A DNA stretch of 26,478 bases from a virus (lineage: Duplodnaviria; Caudoviricetes), in the IMG/VR virus record IMGVR_UViG_3300033485_000072, positions 1-26,478 of that record. One strand, written 5' to 3'. The translations under genes were made by a program, and so were the position numbers. Position 1 is the stretch's first letter. Each line of letters begins with the position of its first letter. Of this stretch, positions 8,533-16,907 are shown piece after piece. Below the pieces are notes generated by a model that worked only from the letters and a program-made list of their open reading frames with translations, searched no databases and was not told the origin of the DNA.

Positions 8533-9474
8533 TCAGATCACGAACTCGGCCGCGTCGAGCACCGCCTTCATCTCGGCGGGATCGAGGTTGTCCGGATCCT
8601 TCCCGTCTGGGCACTTGGCCACGTACTGCGGGAGCTTCCCCCGGAGCTGCTCGATGGCCTTCAGACGAGCCTTCTGCCCGCTCTCGTCGCCGTCGAGGAA
8701 CCAGTAGACCGGCAGCCCCCAGTTGAGCACCGTCCGCTCGTGGAACTCGGTGAAGGCCGACCCCATCAGGGCCACCGAGTTGACGATCCCGTTGATGTCG
8801 CACCTGATGACGTCGAACTGGCCCTCGACCAGGATAATCCGGCCGGAGCCGGGGAAGACCCAGTTCTCTCCGTAGAGATAGCGGCCCTTCTGGAAGCCCG
8901 GGTAGGCGTACCACGTCGGCCCGTTCTGGTCCTCGAAGATCGCCCGACCCATCAGGCCGGTCAAACGGCCGTGGATATCGCGGACCGGGAACACGAGTCT
9001 CATCCGATGGGTGTCGTAGCCCAGCTCCCACTTCTTGCAGAACTCGATCGGGACTTTCCGATCCAGCGCGTACCGGGGCACGTGTCCCCTGAACAGGCTC
9101 AGCGCGGTCTCCTCCAGGAATCTCGCCGGCTCCTCGGGAGGAGGATTCAGGATCGCTTCGAGCCGGCTGGACAGGTCCTCGGTCTCCAGCTTCCTGGCCA
9201 GATCGACCGCTCCGTCGAACTGTCCGCCCGACATGTGGTTGACCATGTAGGCGAGCTGGATCAGGGTGCCCTTGAAGTCGCACTTCGGCGACCAGCACAT
9301 GCAGAGCGAGTCCCTCGTCGGATCGGTCTTGATCGACATGCTGGGGCGGGAATCCACCCCCTTCGAGTGGTTCCACTTGGCCAGCGGGCACGAGCAGTAG
9401 ACGTTGCTGAGACCGTAGGAGTATTCGGAGACTCCCAACGCCTTGATGACCTGCACGACCGCCTGGGAATTCAT
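8533..9474 (-). CDS. dnaG: DnaG-type DNA primase (zinc finger plus Toprim, 313 aa)
   Basis: Start MNSQAV overlaps the helicase stop (TGATG); CSCP..H..CMCWSPKC, RLVFPV, YLYG, ILVEGQFD, FLDGDESG, KDPD. Confidence 0.9.
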   Translation of the reverse strand: MNSQAVVQVIKALGVSEYSYGLSNVYCSCPLAKWNHSKGVDSRPSMSIKTDPTRDSLCMCWSPKCDFKGTLIQLAYMVNHMSGGQFDGAVDLARKLETEDLSSRLEAILNPPPEEPARFLEETALSLFRGHVPRYALDRKVPIEFCKKWELGYDTHRMRLVFPVRDIHGRLTGLMGRAIFEDQNGPTWYAYPGFQKGRYLYGENWVFPGSGRIILVEGQFDVIRCDINGIVNSVALMGSAFTEFHERTVLNWGLPVYWFLDGDESGQKARLKAIEQLRGKLPQYVAKCPDGKDPDNLDPAEMKAVLDAAEFVI

Positions 9475-10757
9475 CAGAACTTCACCTTCGACGCCGATCC
9501 GCCGCTGGCCTTGTCGTCCCCGTTCAGCTCTTCCGTGCTGATCTGCCTGATGAAGTCGAAGTTCATCTCGGAGAGATCCCACCGGACGTACATGTTGAAG
9601 TCCTCGCCCTCGCGGTGCTCCATGATCGACACGATCATCTGCTTCGACTCCTTCATGTCGTCGTCACGGTAGAGCGCGAGGGCCAAGTCAGCGTTCTGGG
9701 CCAGCTCGTAGGCGTAGCCGATCATCCCCGAGTCGCCGGAGAGGGATCCCTGCTTCAGCTTCCGGTTGAACTGGGTGGTCATCAGGATCGGCTTCTGCAG
9801 GCGAAGGCTCATCGGCTGGATCTCGTCGGCGACCGTCGAGACCTTCTCGTACTTGCTCCCCCAGTGCCCGCTCGACGGCTGCATCAGGTAGACGCCGTCG
9901 ATCAGGATGACGCCGGGGTTCAGCTCCCGGGCCAGCAGCTCGACGTCGGCCGGCGTCTTGATCTGCCCGTTGCCGGCGGTCCAGAAGATTTCCTCCTTGG
10001 CCAGCGCCTTCATCCGCTCGATGTACTTGTCGATGCCGTCGACGCCGAGGGTGCCCTCTCGGAACTCGCGATAGTCGAGCGTCGAGTAGATGGCGTCGAG
10101 ACGGCGTTCCATCGAGGTCGTCGGCATTTCCATCGAGACCAGGAGCGGCCGCCTGTGCTCACGGAGCAGCTTCTCGAAGAAGAGCAGCAGGCACCACGTC
10201 TTCCCGGTCTTCTTGGCTGCCACGATGATCCAGAACTCGCCGTTGTGGATCCCCCGGGTCACCTGATCCAGCTCGGGCCACGGGGTCGGGTAGCCGTCGA
10301 TGACGCCGTGCAGCTTCTCCAGCTCGATCTGCCGCCTCACCCGGTCGTCGATGGTCTGGCGAGGATCCCCGTAGACGTGCTTGCCGAACTGCCACTTGTT
10401 CGACTCGACGATCAGCTTCTTGGCCGAGTCGGCGACCTTCTTCGAGTCCTCGTTCTTCAGGTGATCGACGAGATCGCGGGCCTGATCGGCCTGAACCGCC
10501 AGCCTCTTCCGCTCGAAGAGCTTCTCGGCGTAGTAGGTCAGGGGCTCGGGAGCAGGATCGACGATGTCGATCCCGGTGTCGGTCTTGATCGTAGCGAGGT
10601 TGGGGACGACACCGTGCTTCCGCACGTGGCTCTGGATGAAGGCGAAGACCGTCAAGCCATCACTGACGAACAGATCGGAGGCCAGCCCCATCTTCTGGGC
10701 CTCTGCAGGACCCTCGTTCTCCAGGATTCGACGACACGCGCAGAGGTCAACGTTCAC
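9474..10757 (-). CDS. dnaB: Replicative DnaB-like helicase (427 aa)
   Basis: GTG start in a GTGA overlap; GYPTPWPELD, AAKKTGKT, VSMEM, ILIDGVYLM, TQFNR, AQNADL. Confidence 0.9.
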   Translation of the reverse strand: MNVDLCACRRILENEGPAEAQKMGLASDLFVSDGLTVFAFIQSHVRKHGVVPNLATIKTDTGIDIVDPAPEPLTYYAEKLFERKRLAVQADQARDLVDHLKNEDSKKVADSAKKLIVESNKWQFGKHVYGDPRQTIDDRVRRQIELEKLHGVIDGYPTPWPELDQVTRGIHNGEFWIIVAAKKTGKTWCLLLFFEKLLREHRRPLLVSMEMPTTSMERRLDAIYSTLDYREFREGTLGVDGIDKYIERMKALAKEEIFWTAGNGQIKTPADVELLARELNPGVILIDGVYLMQPSSGHWGSKYEKVSTVADEIQPMSLRLQKPILMTTQFNRKLKQGSLSGDSGMIGYAYELAQNADLALALYRDDDMKESKQMIVSIMEHREGEDFNMYVRWDLSEMNFDFIRQISTEELNGDDKASGGSASKVKF

Positions 10758-11380
10758 TGGCCCCCCATGATCTCGCGTGAGAGGCTGGCCGTCTCGTTCG
10801 AGCGCCAGTTCTTCCCGCTCACCTCGACCGGCAGCATGATCGAGCTGATCACTGCCATGGCCGGACCGTACGTCTCGGCGAGGCTCTTCAGTGGACGGTT
10901 GGTCGTGGCGATGATGACCCGCTGGTGGTCCGACCGGATGCGGATGATCCGTTCGACCAGAGACTTGGCCCACTCGCTCTGGTGCTCCGATCCCAGGTCG
11001 TCGAGCACGAGCAGGTTGACGCTCCGCATCCGCTGCCAGATCGTCTGGTTCGCGTCGAACATCGTCCCATCGATCTTCACGTCGGAAAGGTCGGTGGTCG
11101 GGACGAAGAAAGCCGTTCCGCCGTACATCACGGTCGCCTTGGCGATGATCACTGCCGCGCCGGTCTTGCCGGTCGAATACTCACCATGGAAGAGCAGTCC
11201 CCGTCCGGCGCGGACGTGATCGGTCAGACGAGACAGGTACTTCTTCAGGACCTCCTTGTAGGCCAGACCGTCGGGGATGGCGTCGACCGTGCAGTCCCAC
11301 CAGCGCCGGCCGACGCGCATTCGGGACAGGTGCTTCCCGGTGAGGCCGTCGAGGATCGGCTTGTCCACCATCAGATTCAC
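10754..11380 (-). CDS. DnaC/IstB-like AAA+ helicase loader (208 aa)
   Basis: GLLFHGEYSTGKT, LLVLDDLGSE, IIATTN, VSGKNWR. Confidence 0.85.
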   Translation of the reverse strand: MNLMVDKPILDGLTGKHLSRMRVGRRWWDCTVDAIPDGLAYKEVLKKYLSRLTDHVRAGRGLLFHGEYSTGKTGAAVIIAKATVMYGGTAFFVPTTDLSDVKIDGTMFDANQTIWQRMRSVNLLVLDDLGSEHQSEWAKSLVERIIRIRSDHQRVIIATTNRPLKSLAETYGPAMAVISSIMLPVEVSGKNWRSNETASLSREIMGGQ

Positions 11381-11643
11381 TTGGGACCTGCCGTCAGGCT
11401 CTGGATCTGGACCACGGCCTCGGTCAGGGCACCGGAGAGCCAGATCGCCTCGCTGCGGGTGAACCGCTCGCCCTTGGGGTAGTACCGGGATCCGTCCTTC
11501 TTCTTGCCGAAACGCTTGATCGCCACCTTGGCCGGCCCACCGTCGTACCGGCAGACCTTCAGCTCCAGGCCGATCTTCTTCGCGTCGTCGTAGACGTCCT
11601 TCGTCCAGAGAGTCTCGTCCTTCGCAGGGTCATACCCGGGCAT
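11377..11643 (-). CDS. PC4/YdbC-like ssDNA-binding protein (88 aa)
   Basis: LELKVCRYDGGPAKVAIKRF..KGERFTRSEAIWL matches the PC4-fold pattern. Confidence 0.6.
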   Translation of the reverse strand: MPGYDPAKDETLWTKDVYDDAKKIGLELKVCRYDGGPAKVAIKRFGKKKDGSRYYPKGERFTRSEAIWLSGALTEAVVQIQSLTAGPK

Positions 11644-11658
11644 TCGAGTCGGTCCCTC

Positions 11659-13137
11659 CTACTTGATGCTGTCCAGCGCGTCTCCCCAGCCCACCGCCGG
11701 GGTCTTCACGTTCGGGTCGTATCGATGGGTCCTCGTGGTCAGCCCCTTGCCGGACTGCACAATAGCTACCAGCTCCCTCCGCAGGGTGAACATCGAGTAG
11801 AAGTCGGGGACCGGGCTCCTGGCAACCTTCGGCCACATCTCCTGCACGACCACCCAGCGGTTCGCGACGATCCTGAAGGTCTCCAGCAGGTCCTTCACCG
11901 AGTATTCCTGCAGGAGCTTCTTGCAGTTGCCCAGCTCCCGGCTCGTAGGACGGGCGGGCGGCGTGTAGTTGGGCACGTTCTCCACGACCGCCTTCTGGAA
12001 CCGGTACCAGAGCGACTTCGCGGTCTTGGGATCGTCCACATCGACCGCCACCGACCCGGACGGAGCGCCCACCTTCACGACCGATCGGGTGGTCAGGATG
12101 GCCGTGCCCGGGTCCCCGTCCAATCGAATGGACTTCCTGGGGGGCTGGAAGATGTCGGTGTCGGACTTCTTCGGCTCGCGGTTGGGCATCGGAGACGGAG
12201 AAGCCTCGAAGGGGTTCTCGTTGGGCATCTCCTGCTCGATGGGAGCTGGCGCGGATGGAGGCTCGACCGGGACTATGGCCGTGTCGGGACGCGCCATAGG
12301 GAGGGGCAGCGTCGGAGCCGCGCCCTCGGGCGTCACGAGGTGGATCTCCTTGGGAGGCATGGGAGGCACGACGACCTGTTCGACGTGTTGAACTCCCGAA
12401 GGATCGGGAGGAAGGATGGTCGTCTTGACCACCCGCATCTCCGTAGACGGATCCGCGACGCGCGCGCTCCCAACGTCAGCCGGGAGGATTGCCGTGCCGG
12501 TCTCTTCTCCGGCCGCCGTGGCTTCAACGTCGGCCGGGAGACTCGCCGGTAGAGCCGCGCTGTCGTGTCGCGCGGCTCTGTTGACGTTGTCTTGGTTCTT
12601 GTCTTCAACGTCTGAGTCTAACGTCGTTGCCGGGCCAAATGTGGCCCGAAGTGATCGGGACGTATCTGGCCCGAGGTGCACCTTGTGCGATTCGTCGGAG
12701 ATGAGCGAGGTATCGCCCGGTCCTGGGGCCTCTTCTGGCCCCTCGGTCACTTCGTGCAAAGCTCCGTTCTTGGCATCATAGAGCTTCGCCGGGTTCTCGA
12801 TGTAGGTGATCGATGCCTCGTACTTCACCCGGAGCCGGCTGATCAGGCCGCGCTGGACCAGCTCCTGCACCGACCGCTTGACCGAACGTTCGCTGGACCC
12901 AACGGCCTCGGCTAGTTCTTCCTCGCTCACCCGGCACCGCTGGATGGTCTCGCCCATCCGCTGGCACCACTTCGAGTTCTTGGCGAGGTTGAAGTAGACC
13001 CGGAACGCTTCGGCGCTGATTCCGGCGTCAGTCGCCACCTTGTTGTGGACCCGAGTCCAGTGACCCTTTCGGGTCCACGCATCGATCGGATCTTTCGTAT
13101 TGCCCGCGTCGCGGGCCATGTCCTTCGGTTTGCGCAC
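11659..13137 (-). CDS. Replication initiator (lambda O/DnaD-like) with N-terminal winged HTH and long Pro-rich linker (492 aa)
   Basis: ISAEAFRVY..SEEELAEAVGSSERSVKRSVQELVQRGLI (HTH_36-like); upstream of the loader and helicase. Confidence 0.7.
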   Translation of the reverse strand: MRKPKDMARDAGNTKDPIDAWTRKGHWTRVHNKVATDAGISAEAFRVYFNLAKNSKWCQRMGETIQRCRVSEEELAEAVGSSERSVKRSVQELVQRGLISRLRVKYEASITYIENPAKLYDAKNGALHEVTEGPEEAPGPGDTSLISDESHKVHLGPDTSRSLRATFGPATTLDSDVEDKNQDNVNRAARHDSAALPASLPADVEATAAGEETGTAILPADVGSARVADPSTEMRVVKTTILPPDPSGVQHVEQVVVPPMPPKEIHLVTPEGAAPTLPLPMARPDTAIVPVEPPSAPAPIEQEMPNENPFEASPSPMPNREPKKSDTDIFQPPRKSIRLDGDPGTAILTTRSVVKVGAPSGSVAVDVDDPKTAKSLWYRFQKAVVENVPNYTPPARPTSRELGNCKKLLQEYSVKDLLETFRIVANRWVVVQEMWPKVARSPVPDFYSMFTLRRELVAIVQSGKGLTTRTHRYDPNVKTPAVGWGDALDSIK

Positions 13138-13161
13138 AGCATCCCCCTCCCAGAGGCAGCC

Positions 13162-13626
13162 CTATCCGTCGTAGTTCTCGTAGACCTTCTGCAGATCGGA
13201 GAAGAAGATTTCGTCCTCCTTCACCTCCGGAGCCTCGAACAGCAGTTCCGCGCCGAGCAGCTCGGTCAGGTAGTGGTTCCAGCCGTCCATGTCGAGCCAG
13301 AGGTGCTTCCTGATCATGTCGACGTTCTTGGTGCACACCATCGCGTAGATGCGAGGATAGATCCTCGCGAACTGCGCCACCGAGAGCAGCGTGATATACA
13401 TGATCCTGGCCATCGGGGAAATCTGGTCGTCGGCCACGACGCAGTGCGGAGCTTCCTCCGGCCAGTCCAGCCACCGCATGGGGAACTTCGGGCCGTCGGC
13501 GTCGCCCTGATCGTCTTCGAGACGATCCTTCCCCCGGCGCACGATCTCGTGATCCTCGGCTTCTTCGATCTCCCTCACCTCGAACGGATAGGTCTGCAGT
13601 TCCTCCTTCGTCAGCGGCTCGCCCAT
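13162..13626 (-). CDS. Hypothetical protein with degenerate initiator-like wHTH (154 aa)
   Basis: SD GGAGG; DDQISPMARIMYITL..YLTELLGAELL resembles the initiator N-terminus. Confidence 0.6.
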   Translation of the reverse strand: MGEPLTKEELQTYPFEVREIEEAEDHEIVRRGKDRLEDDQGDADGPKFPMRWLDWPEEAPHCVVADDQISPMARIMYITLLSVAQFARIYPRIYAMVCTKNVDMIRKHLWLDMDGWNHYLTELLGAELLFEAPEVKEDEIFFSDLQKVYENYDG

Positions 13627-13811
13627 TGTCTCCTCCCCCGTCAGACAGGCACACGGCGTCTCAGGTTTGCGATCATCCCCCAGGACGACCGCTACATCAT
13701 CCCACCCGGAGATCGGCTCCTGGCGGGGCTCCTATTGGCTCGATTTCCATACCACCTATAGAGATTTCAGTTGACCCCGATCACCACAGGTTGTAGAAAA
13801 CGCGCAAGTCC

Positions 13812-13904
13812 TCGTCCGGGGAATCACCCGGTTCCCCAGACGACCCACGCCATCCCCCCAAGGATCGTGGTGGCTTCTCCACCGGCTCGTCCCCGGTGGA
13901 GAAG
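13812..13904 (-). other. Three consecutive stem-loops (candidate ncRNA, terminator array or ssDNA origin signal)
   Basis: Stems 13874-13885/13893-13904 (12 bp, perfect), ~13845-13869 (bulged), and 13812-13823/13832-13843 (12 bp with a G-U pair on the minus strand). Confidence 0.5.
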
Positions 13905-13910
13905 TCCGTT

Positions 13911-14351
13911 CTACTGGTCCCTCTCTTCGACCATCCGGGTAGCCTTGAGCAGCCATCTCGTCGCCGGCTTCCCCTTGACCATGGTGCCGCCGAGTTCGAC
14001 CGCCTCGCAGCCGTGAAGCACCAGAGTGCGAACCGGGGAGAATACCCGGCCCTGGAGGAATGAAAACCTCATCTCCACCGCCAACCCGGTCTGGAGCGAC
14101 GACTCCTGAAGGATGCGGTTGGCCTCGGCAATCGTCCCATCGGTGGATCGGAAGACGACCTCGATGGCCTCGCTGCCCTTGATCCAGGCGAACCACGCCA
14201 TCCTGGAGAAGGTGGAGTCGCCGGAGATGATGCGGAGGATACCGAGGCGGGATTCTATGGAGATGGTGGAAAGACGTCTCGGGGGCTCGACGCCCCCCAC
14301 GGCATGCGGAGCCCCCGAGAACATGCACTGGAATGACGGCTCGGGTGGCAT
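13911..14351 (-). CDS. Hypothetical protein (146 aa; alternative GTG start 14438)
   Basis: SD GAGGGGG before the ATG of MPPEP; co-oriented ORF. Confidence 0.5.
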   Translation of the reverse strand: MPPEPSFQCMFSGAPHAVGGVEPPRRLSTISIESRLGILRIISGDSTFSRMAWFAWIKGSEAIEVVFRSTDGTIAEANRILQESSLQTGLAVEMRFSFLQGRVFSPVRTLVLHGCEAVELGGTMVKGKPATRWLLKATRMVEERDQ

Positions 14352-14468
14352 ACTATCCCCCCTCTTGATGCGGTCAATATCGGATGTGGAGAATGTCCCG
14401 CGTCCGACGACCCTCCTCCCCCCACCCGTATTGGGCACCCTCCGCAGGGTGGAGTCCAGAAAAATCCG

Positions 14469-14828
14469 TCAGGAGGGTGACGTTTCGAGGGCGTGAACTG
14501 CCCCGACGATCTCGGCCGCGAGGTTGATCTCCCCGCGAGCGCCGAGCATGGCCGCTGCCCGGATCAGGAAGTCGATGTCGATTCCCTTCACCCGGCGATG
14601 ACCGAGCGGATCATCCGGCCACTGGGACAGCCTCGAACGGATGTCGCTCTCCACGACGTCGCAGATCGTCCCGGCGGCCCCGATCCTCTGGATCATCCGG
14701 CCCATGTTGGGCAGCCCGGACTTCGCCATCGCCTCGGCCGCCTCCCGACAGGATCGCGCGGCCGCGCGCATGACAGTCAGGGCCTCGGTCGTCGCATCTT
14801 CGGACTTCCGGATCGACTCATCGCTCAT
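14469..14828 (-). CDS. Hypothetical helical protein (119 aa)
   Basis: Start MSDESI in an ATGA overlap, with SD GAGGG. Confidence 0.55.
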   Translation of the reverse strand: MSDESIRKSEDATTEALTVMRAAARSCREAAEAMAKSGLPNMGRMIQRIGAAGTICDVVESDIRSRLSQWPDDPLGHRRVKGIDIDFLIRAAAMLGARGEINLAAEIVGAVHALETSPS

Positions 14829-15115
14829 GGTTTTGCCCTCGGCCCGGAGAATCCCTTCCCCGGGAACCAGTCCCATTCCCATTGCTCGTCCACCATCACG
14901 TCCTCGGCGTTCTTCACGTAGCTGTAGCACGAGCACGCGCCCTCGTGGCCCTCGGCCGCGTAGTCTCGCACCTCCTTCTCGTCCTCGCTGGCGGTGAGGC
15001 AGGAAGGATCGTCGTTGGTGCCCACGCCCCCGGCAGCCCGGGCGTCCCAGAGCACGAACATGTCGCGCTTACGGGAGGAGGTCGATGAGGCGTTCGAGGG
15101 GGTCTTTTTCGCCAC
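14825..15115 (-). CDS. Hypothetical protein (96 aa)
   Basis: SD GAGGAGG before GTG; coupled to the downstream gene. Confidence 0.55.
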   Translation of the reverse strand: MAKKTPSNASSTSSRKRDMFVLWDARAAGGVGTNDDPSCLTASEDEKEVRDYAAEGHEGACSCYSYVKNAEDVMVDEQWEWDWFPGKGFSGPRAKP

Positions 15116-15368
15116 GGCGCTTCCTCCTCTTCCACTCCCGGTGATCCTGGCGGATCATGTTGATGGCCTCGCGCAGCTCCTTCGGGTCGGTGGTCCCGGG
15201 ATGGACCTCGCCCTTGTAGATCAGGTCGCGCTTGAGGCACGCCCTGATGTGAGAGATCCGGCCGAAGGCGTTCTTGGTGATCCGCTTCCCGCACCGGGGG
15301 CACTCGCACGTGCCGAAGGATATCTCGATCGGCTGATCAGTCGGGTGCTGGCGCTTTCCCCAGGGCAC
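15069..15368 (-). CDS. Small zinc-finger-like protein (99 aa)
   Basis: CECPRCG..HIRAC (C2HC); SD GAGGAG. Confidence 0.55.
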   Translation of the reverse strand: MPWGKRQHPTDQPIEISFGTCECPRCGKRITKNAFGRISHIRACLKRDLIYKGEVHPGTTDPKELREAINMIRQDHREWKRRKRRGEKDPLERLIDLLP

Positions 15369-15380
15369 GTGGGTCTCCTC

Positions 15381-15405
15381 GATCTACTATGAGGCCCCCG
15401 CAGGG
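15381..15405 (-). promoter_or_regulatory. CCCTGCG-N9-TAGTAGATC element upstream of the zinc-finger gene
   Basis: Copy of the dispersed motif directly after the XRE stop; CCTC can pair with GAGG. Confidence 0.5.
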
Positions 15406-15621
15406 TCAGAGCAGATCGACGGGCTGGCAGCCGATCTTCTTGCAGACCCGCTCCAGCGTCAGGAGGGTCAGGTTCTGCTGTCCATGCTCGATCCGGGTGA
15501 TCGCGCTCTGGGTGGTGCGCAGCTCCTTGGCCAGATCGACCTGGGTGATCCCGCGCTCGGTCCGGATCACCTTGATCCGCTGTCCCACCTTCTGCAGCAG
15601 GTTCATCTCCTTCTTCGGCAC
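15406..15621 (-). CDS. XRE/Cro-C1 family HTH transcriptional regulator (71 aa; alternative ATG 15645)
   Basis: VGQRIKVIRTERGITQVDLAKELRTTQSAITRIEHGQQNLTLLTL is a canonical HTH_3 pattern. Confidence 0.9.
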   Translation of the reverse strand: MPKKEMNLLQKVGQRIKVIRTERGITQVDLAKELRTTQSAITRIEHGQQNLTLLTLERVCKKIGCQPVDLL

Positions 15622-15662
15622 AGTCTCACCACCTTTCTGGCTCATGGGATTTCAATGCGCCG

Positions 15663-15857
15663 TTACGCGAACCCCCTCAGGAACCGGGGCGTCCTCGGGC
15701 GCGGCCGGGCGTCGAAGTCGCGGAGCGCCGCCGTGCAGGCCCAGCGCATCGCGACCTTCTTGGTCTTGTTCGACCAGCGCCAGACCGCCCGCAGTGGGGT
15801 CTTCTCCAGACCCACGCACCAGAGCAGGCCGATCAGGTCGACGGGGTTGATGATCAT
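15663..15857 (-). CDS. Small hypothetical protein (64 aa)
   Basis: ATGA overlap with the upstream gene; weak support otherwise. Confidence 0.35.
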   Translation of the reverse strand: MIINPVDLIGLLWCVGLEKTPLRAVWRWSNKTKKVAMRWACTAALRDFDARPRPRTPRFLRGFA

Positions 15858-16030
15858 GTCAGACACACCTTCACCCGCTGCTTCCGCAGCGACTGGAAGT
15901 CCTCGGTCACGTCATGCTTGGTGATCGCCATGATGGACTTCCCGTCCTTCGACTGCGACCACCGGGTGATGGCGTAGACCCGGCCGCTCAGCGACGAGTA
16001 CCGGAGAAGGCATCCCGTCTTGACGCTCAC
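15854..16030 (-). CDS. Small phage hypothetical protein (58 aa)
   Basis: GTGA overlap, SD AAGGAG; SSLSGRVYA..KHDVTEDF pattern familiar from small phage proteins. Confidence 0.55.
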   Translation of the reverse strand: MSVKTGCLLRYSSLSGRVYAITRWSQSKDGKSIMAITKHDVTEDFQSLRKQRVKVCLT

Positions 16031-16263
16031 AGCTCCTTCTCCTTTCTCTCCCACTTGGCCAGAAGCTCCCGTAGCGCCTTCACCATGTCCTCGCGCTGGC
16101 AGTTGGAGATGTAGCTGATCTTCCCCTGCCCCGGCGGCGTATTCATCGTGAAGGTGATGAGCGAGAACCCCCATCCCTTCGGCATCTGCTTGGCTATCTG
16201 CGGCGCGAGCCGCCGGGCCGTGACCTCCATGTCTTCAAGAGACTCGGGCTTGGGGTCGGGCAC
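16027..16263 (-). CDS. Conserved phage hypothetical protein (78 aa)
   Basis: GWGFSLITF..G..SYISNCQREDMVKALRE pattern; SD AAGGA before GTG. Confidence 0.6.
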   Translation of the reverse strand: MPDPKPESLEDMEVTARRLAPQIAKQMPKGWGFSLITFTMNTPPGQGKISYISNCQREDMVKALRELLAKWERKEKEL

Positions 16264-16264
16264 G

Positions 16265-16474
16265 CTATTCCTTCTCTCCATGATCGAGCTGCCGATGCGT
16301 TTCGAGCACACGGCAGACGCCCCAGCCCAGCTTCTTCGCCCGGGCCTTGGTCTTGGTGTTGGTCTTGCCGCAGACCACCCTCCAGGCCAGGACCGCGCTG
16401 AACGACAGGGTCAGCCCCTCCACCAGATCGCCGTTGAACGTCGGCCCCCAGAGGGTCCGCACGTAGTTCCTCAT
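16265..16474 (-). CDS. Small hypothetical protein (69 aa)
   Basis: Start MRNYVR in an ATGA overlap. Confidence 0.45.
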   Translation of the reverse strand: MRNYVRTLWGPTFNGDLVEGLTLSFSAVLAWRVVCGKTNTKTKARAKKLGWGVCRVLETHRQLDHGEKE

Positions 16475-16641
16475 CGGATCGGCCGGTCCTTCCTGGGAAT
16501 CCGCTCCACCTTCACGATGTCGTGCCGAGTTCCGCCGTCCCGCTCGCACTTCCTGGCCGCACGCAGCGCGGCCGCGAGCGTCCGGTGGGCGCTGCACCGC
16601 TGGTACCCGCTGAACCAGAACATGGTCCAGTATTCGGTCAT
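16471..16641 (-). CDS. Small hypothetical protein (56 aa)
   Basis: Start MTEYW in an ATGA overlap. Confidence 0.45.
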   Translation of the reverse strand: MTEYWTMFWFSGYQRCSAHRTLAAALRAARKCERDGGTRHDIVKVERIPRKDRPIR

Positions 16642-16907
16642 GCCTTCTCGATCCTTCGGAGGTTGTCGAGTTCGGCCACACGGGCCTGCGCCCGGGCGTA
16701 CACCCGCTCGGCCTCCTGCACGCGCCCGCGAATGCGCTCGGTCACCTTCCCCTTCTTCAGCCCCTTCCTGACACCCGTCCTGGGGATCCACTGGAAGATC
16801 CCCACGGAGAAGGTCTCCTGCCCGGGATACCCGGTCAGGCCGCAGCAGCCGGTCGGGCTGCATGCTCCGTCGAAGTCCCAGTCGTACGCCTGAGGGTTGG
16901 TCTTCAC
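16638..16907 (-). CDS. Small hypothetical protein (89 aa)
   Basis: GTGA overlap, SD GAGGAGGAG. Confidence 0.5.
   Translation of the reverse strand: MKTNPQAYDWDFDGACSPTGCCGLTGYPGQETFSVGIFQWIPRTGVRKGLKKGKVTERIRGRVQEAERVYARAQARVAELDNLRRIEKA

Noticed and set aside
13640-13700. GCAAACC as part of a c-di-GMP-I riboswitch
   Set aside because: The required GAAA tetraloop stem and GCAAAG second stem are not present.
13911-14351. RTLVLHGC as a tail-tube-like motif
   Set aside because: Too short a resemblance, and the gene lies outside the structural module.
14425-14451. CCCTGCG copy at 14443 as a full member of the element
   Set aside because: Counted only as weak: the downstream word is TACGGG, and the box sits in its own CACCCT/AGGGTG hairpin.
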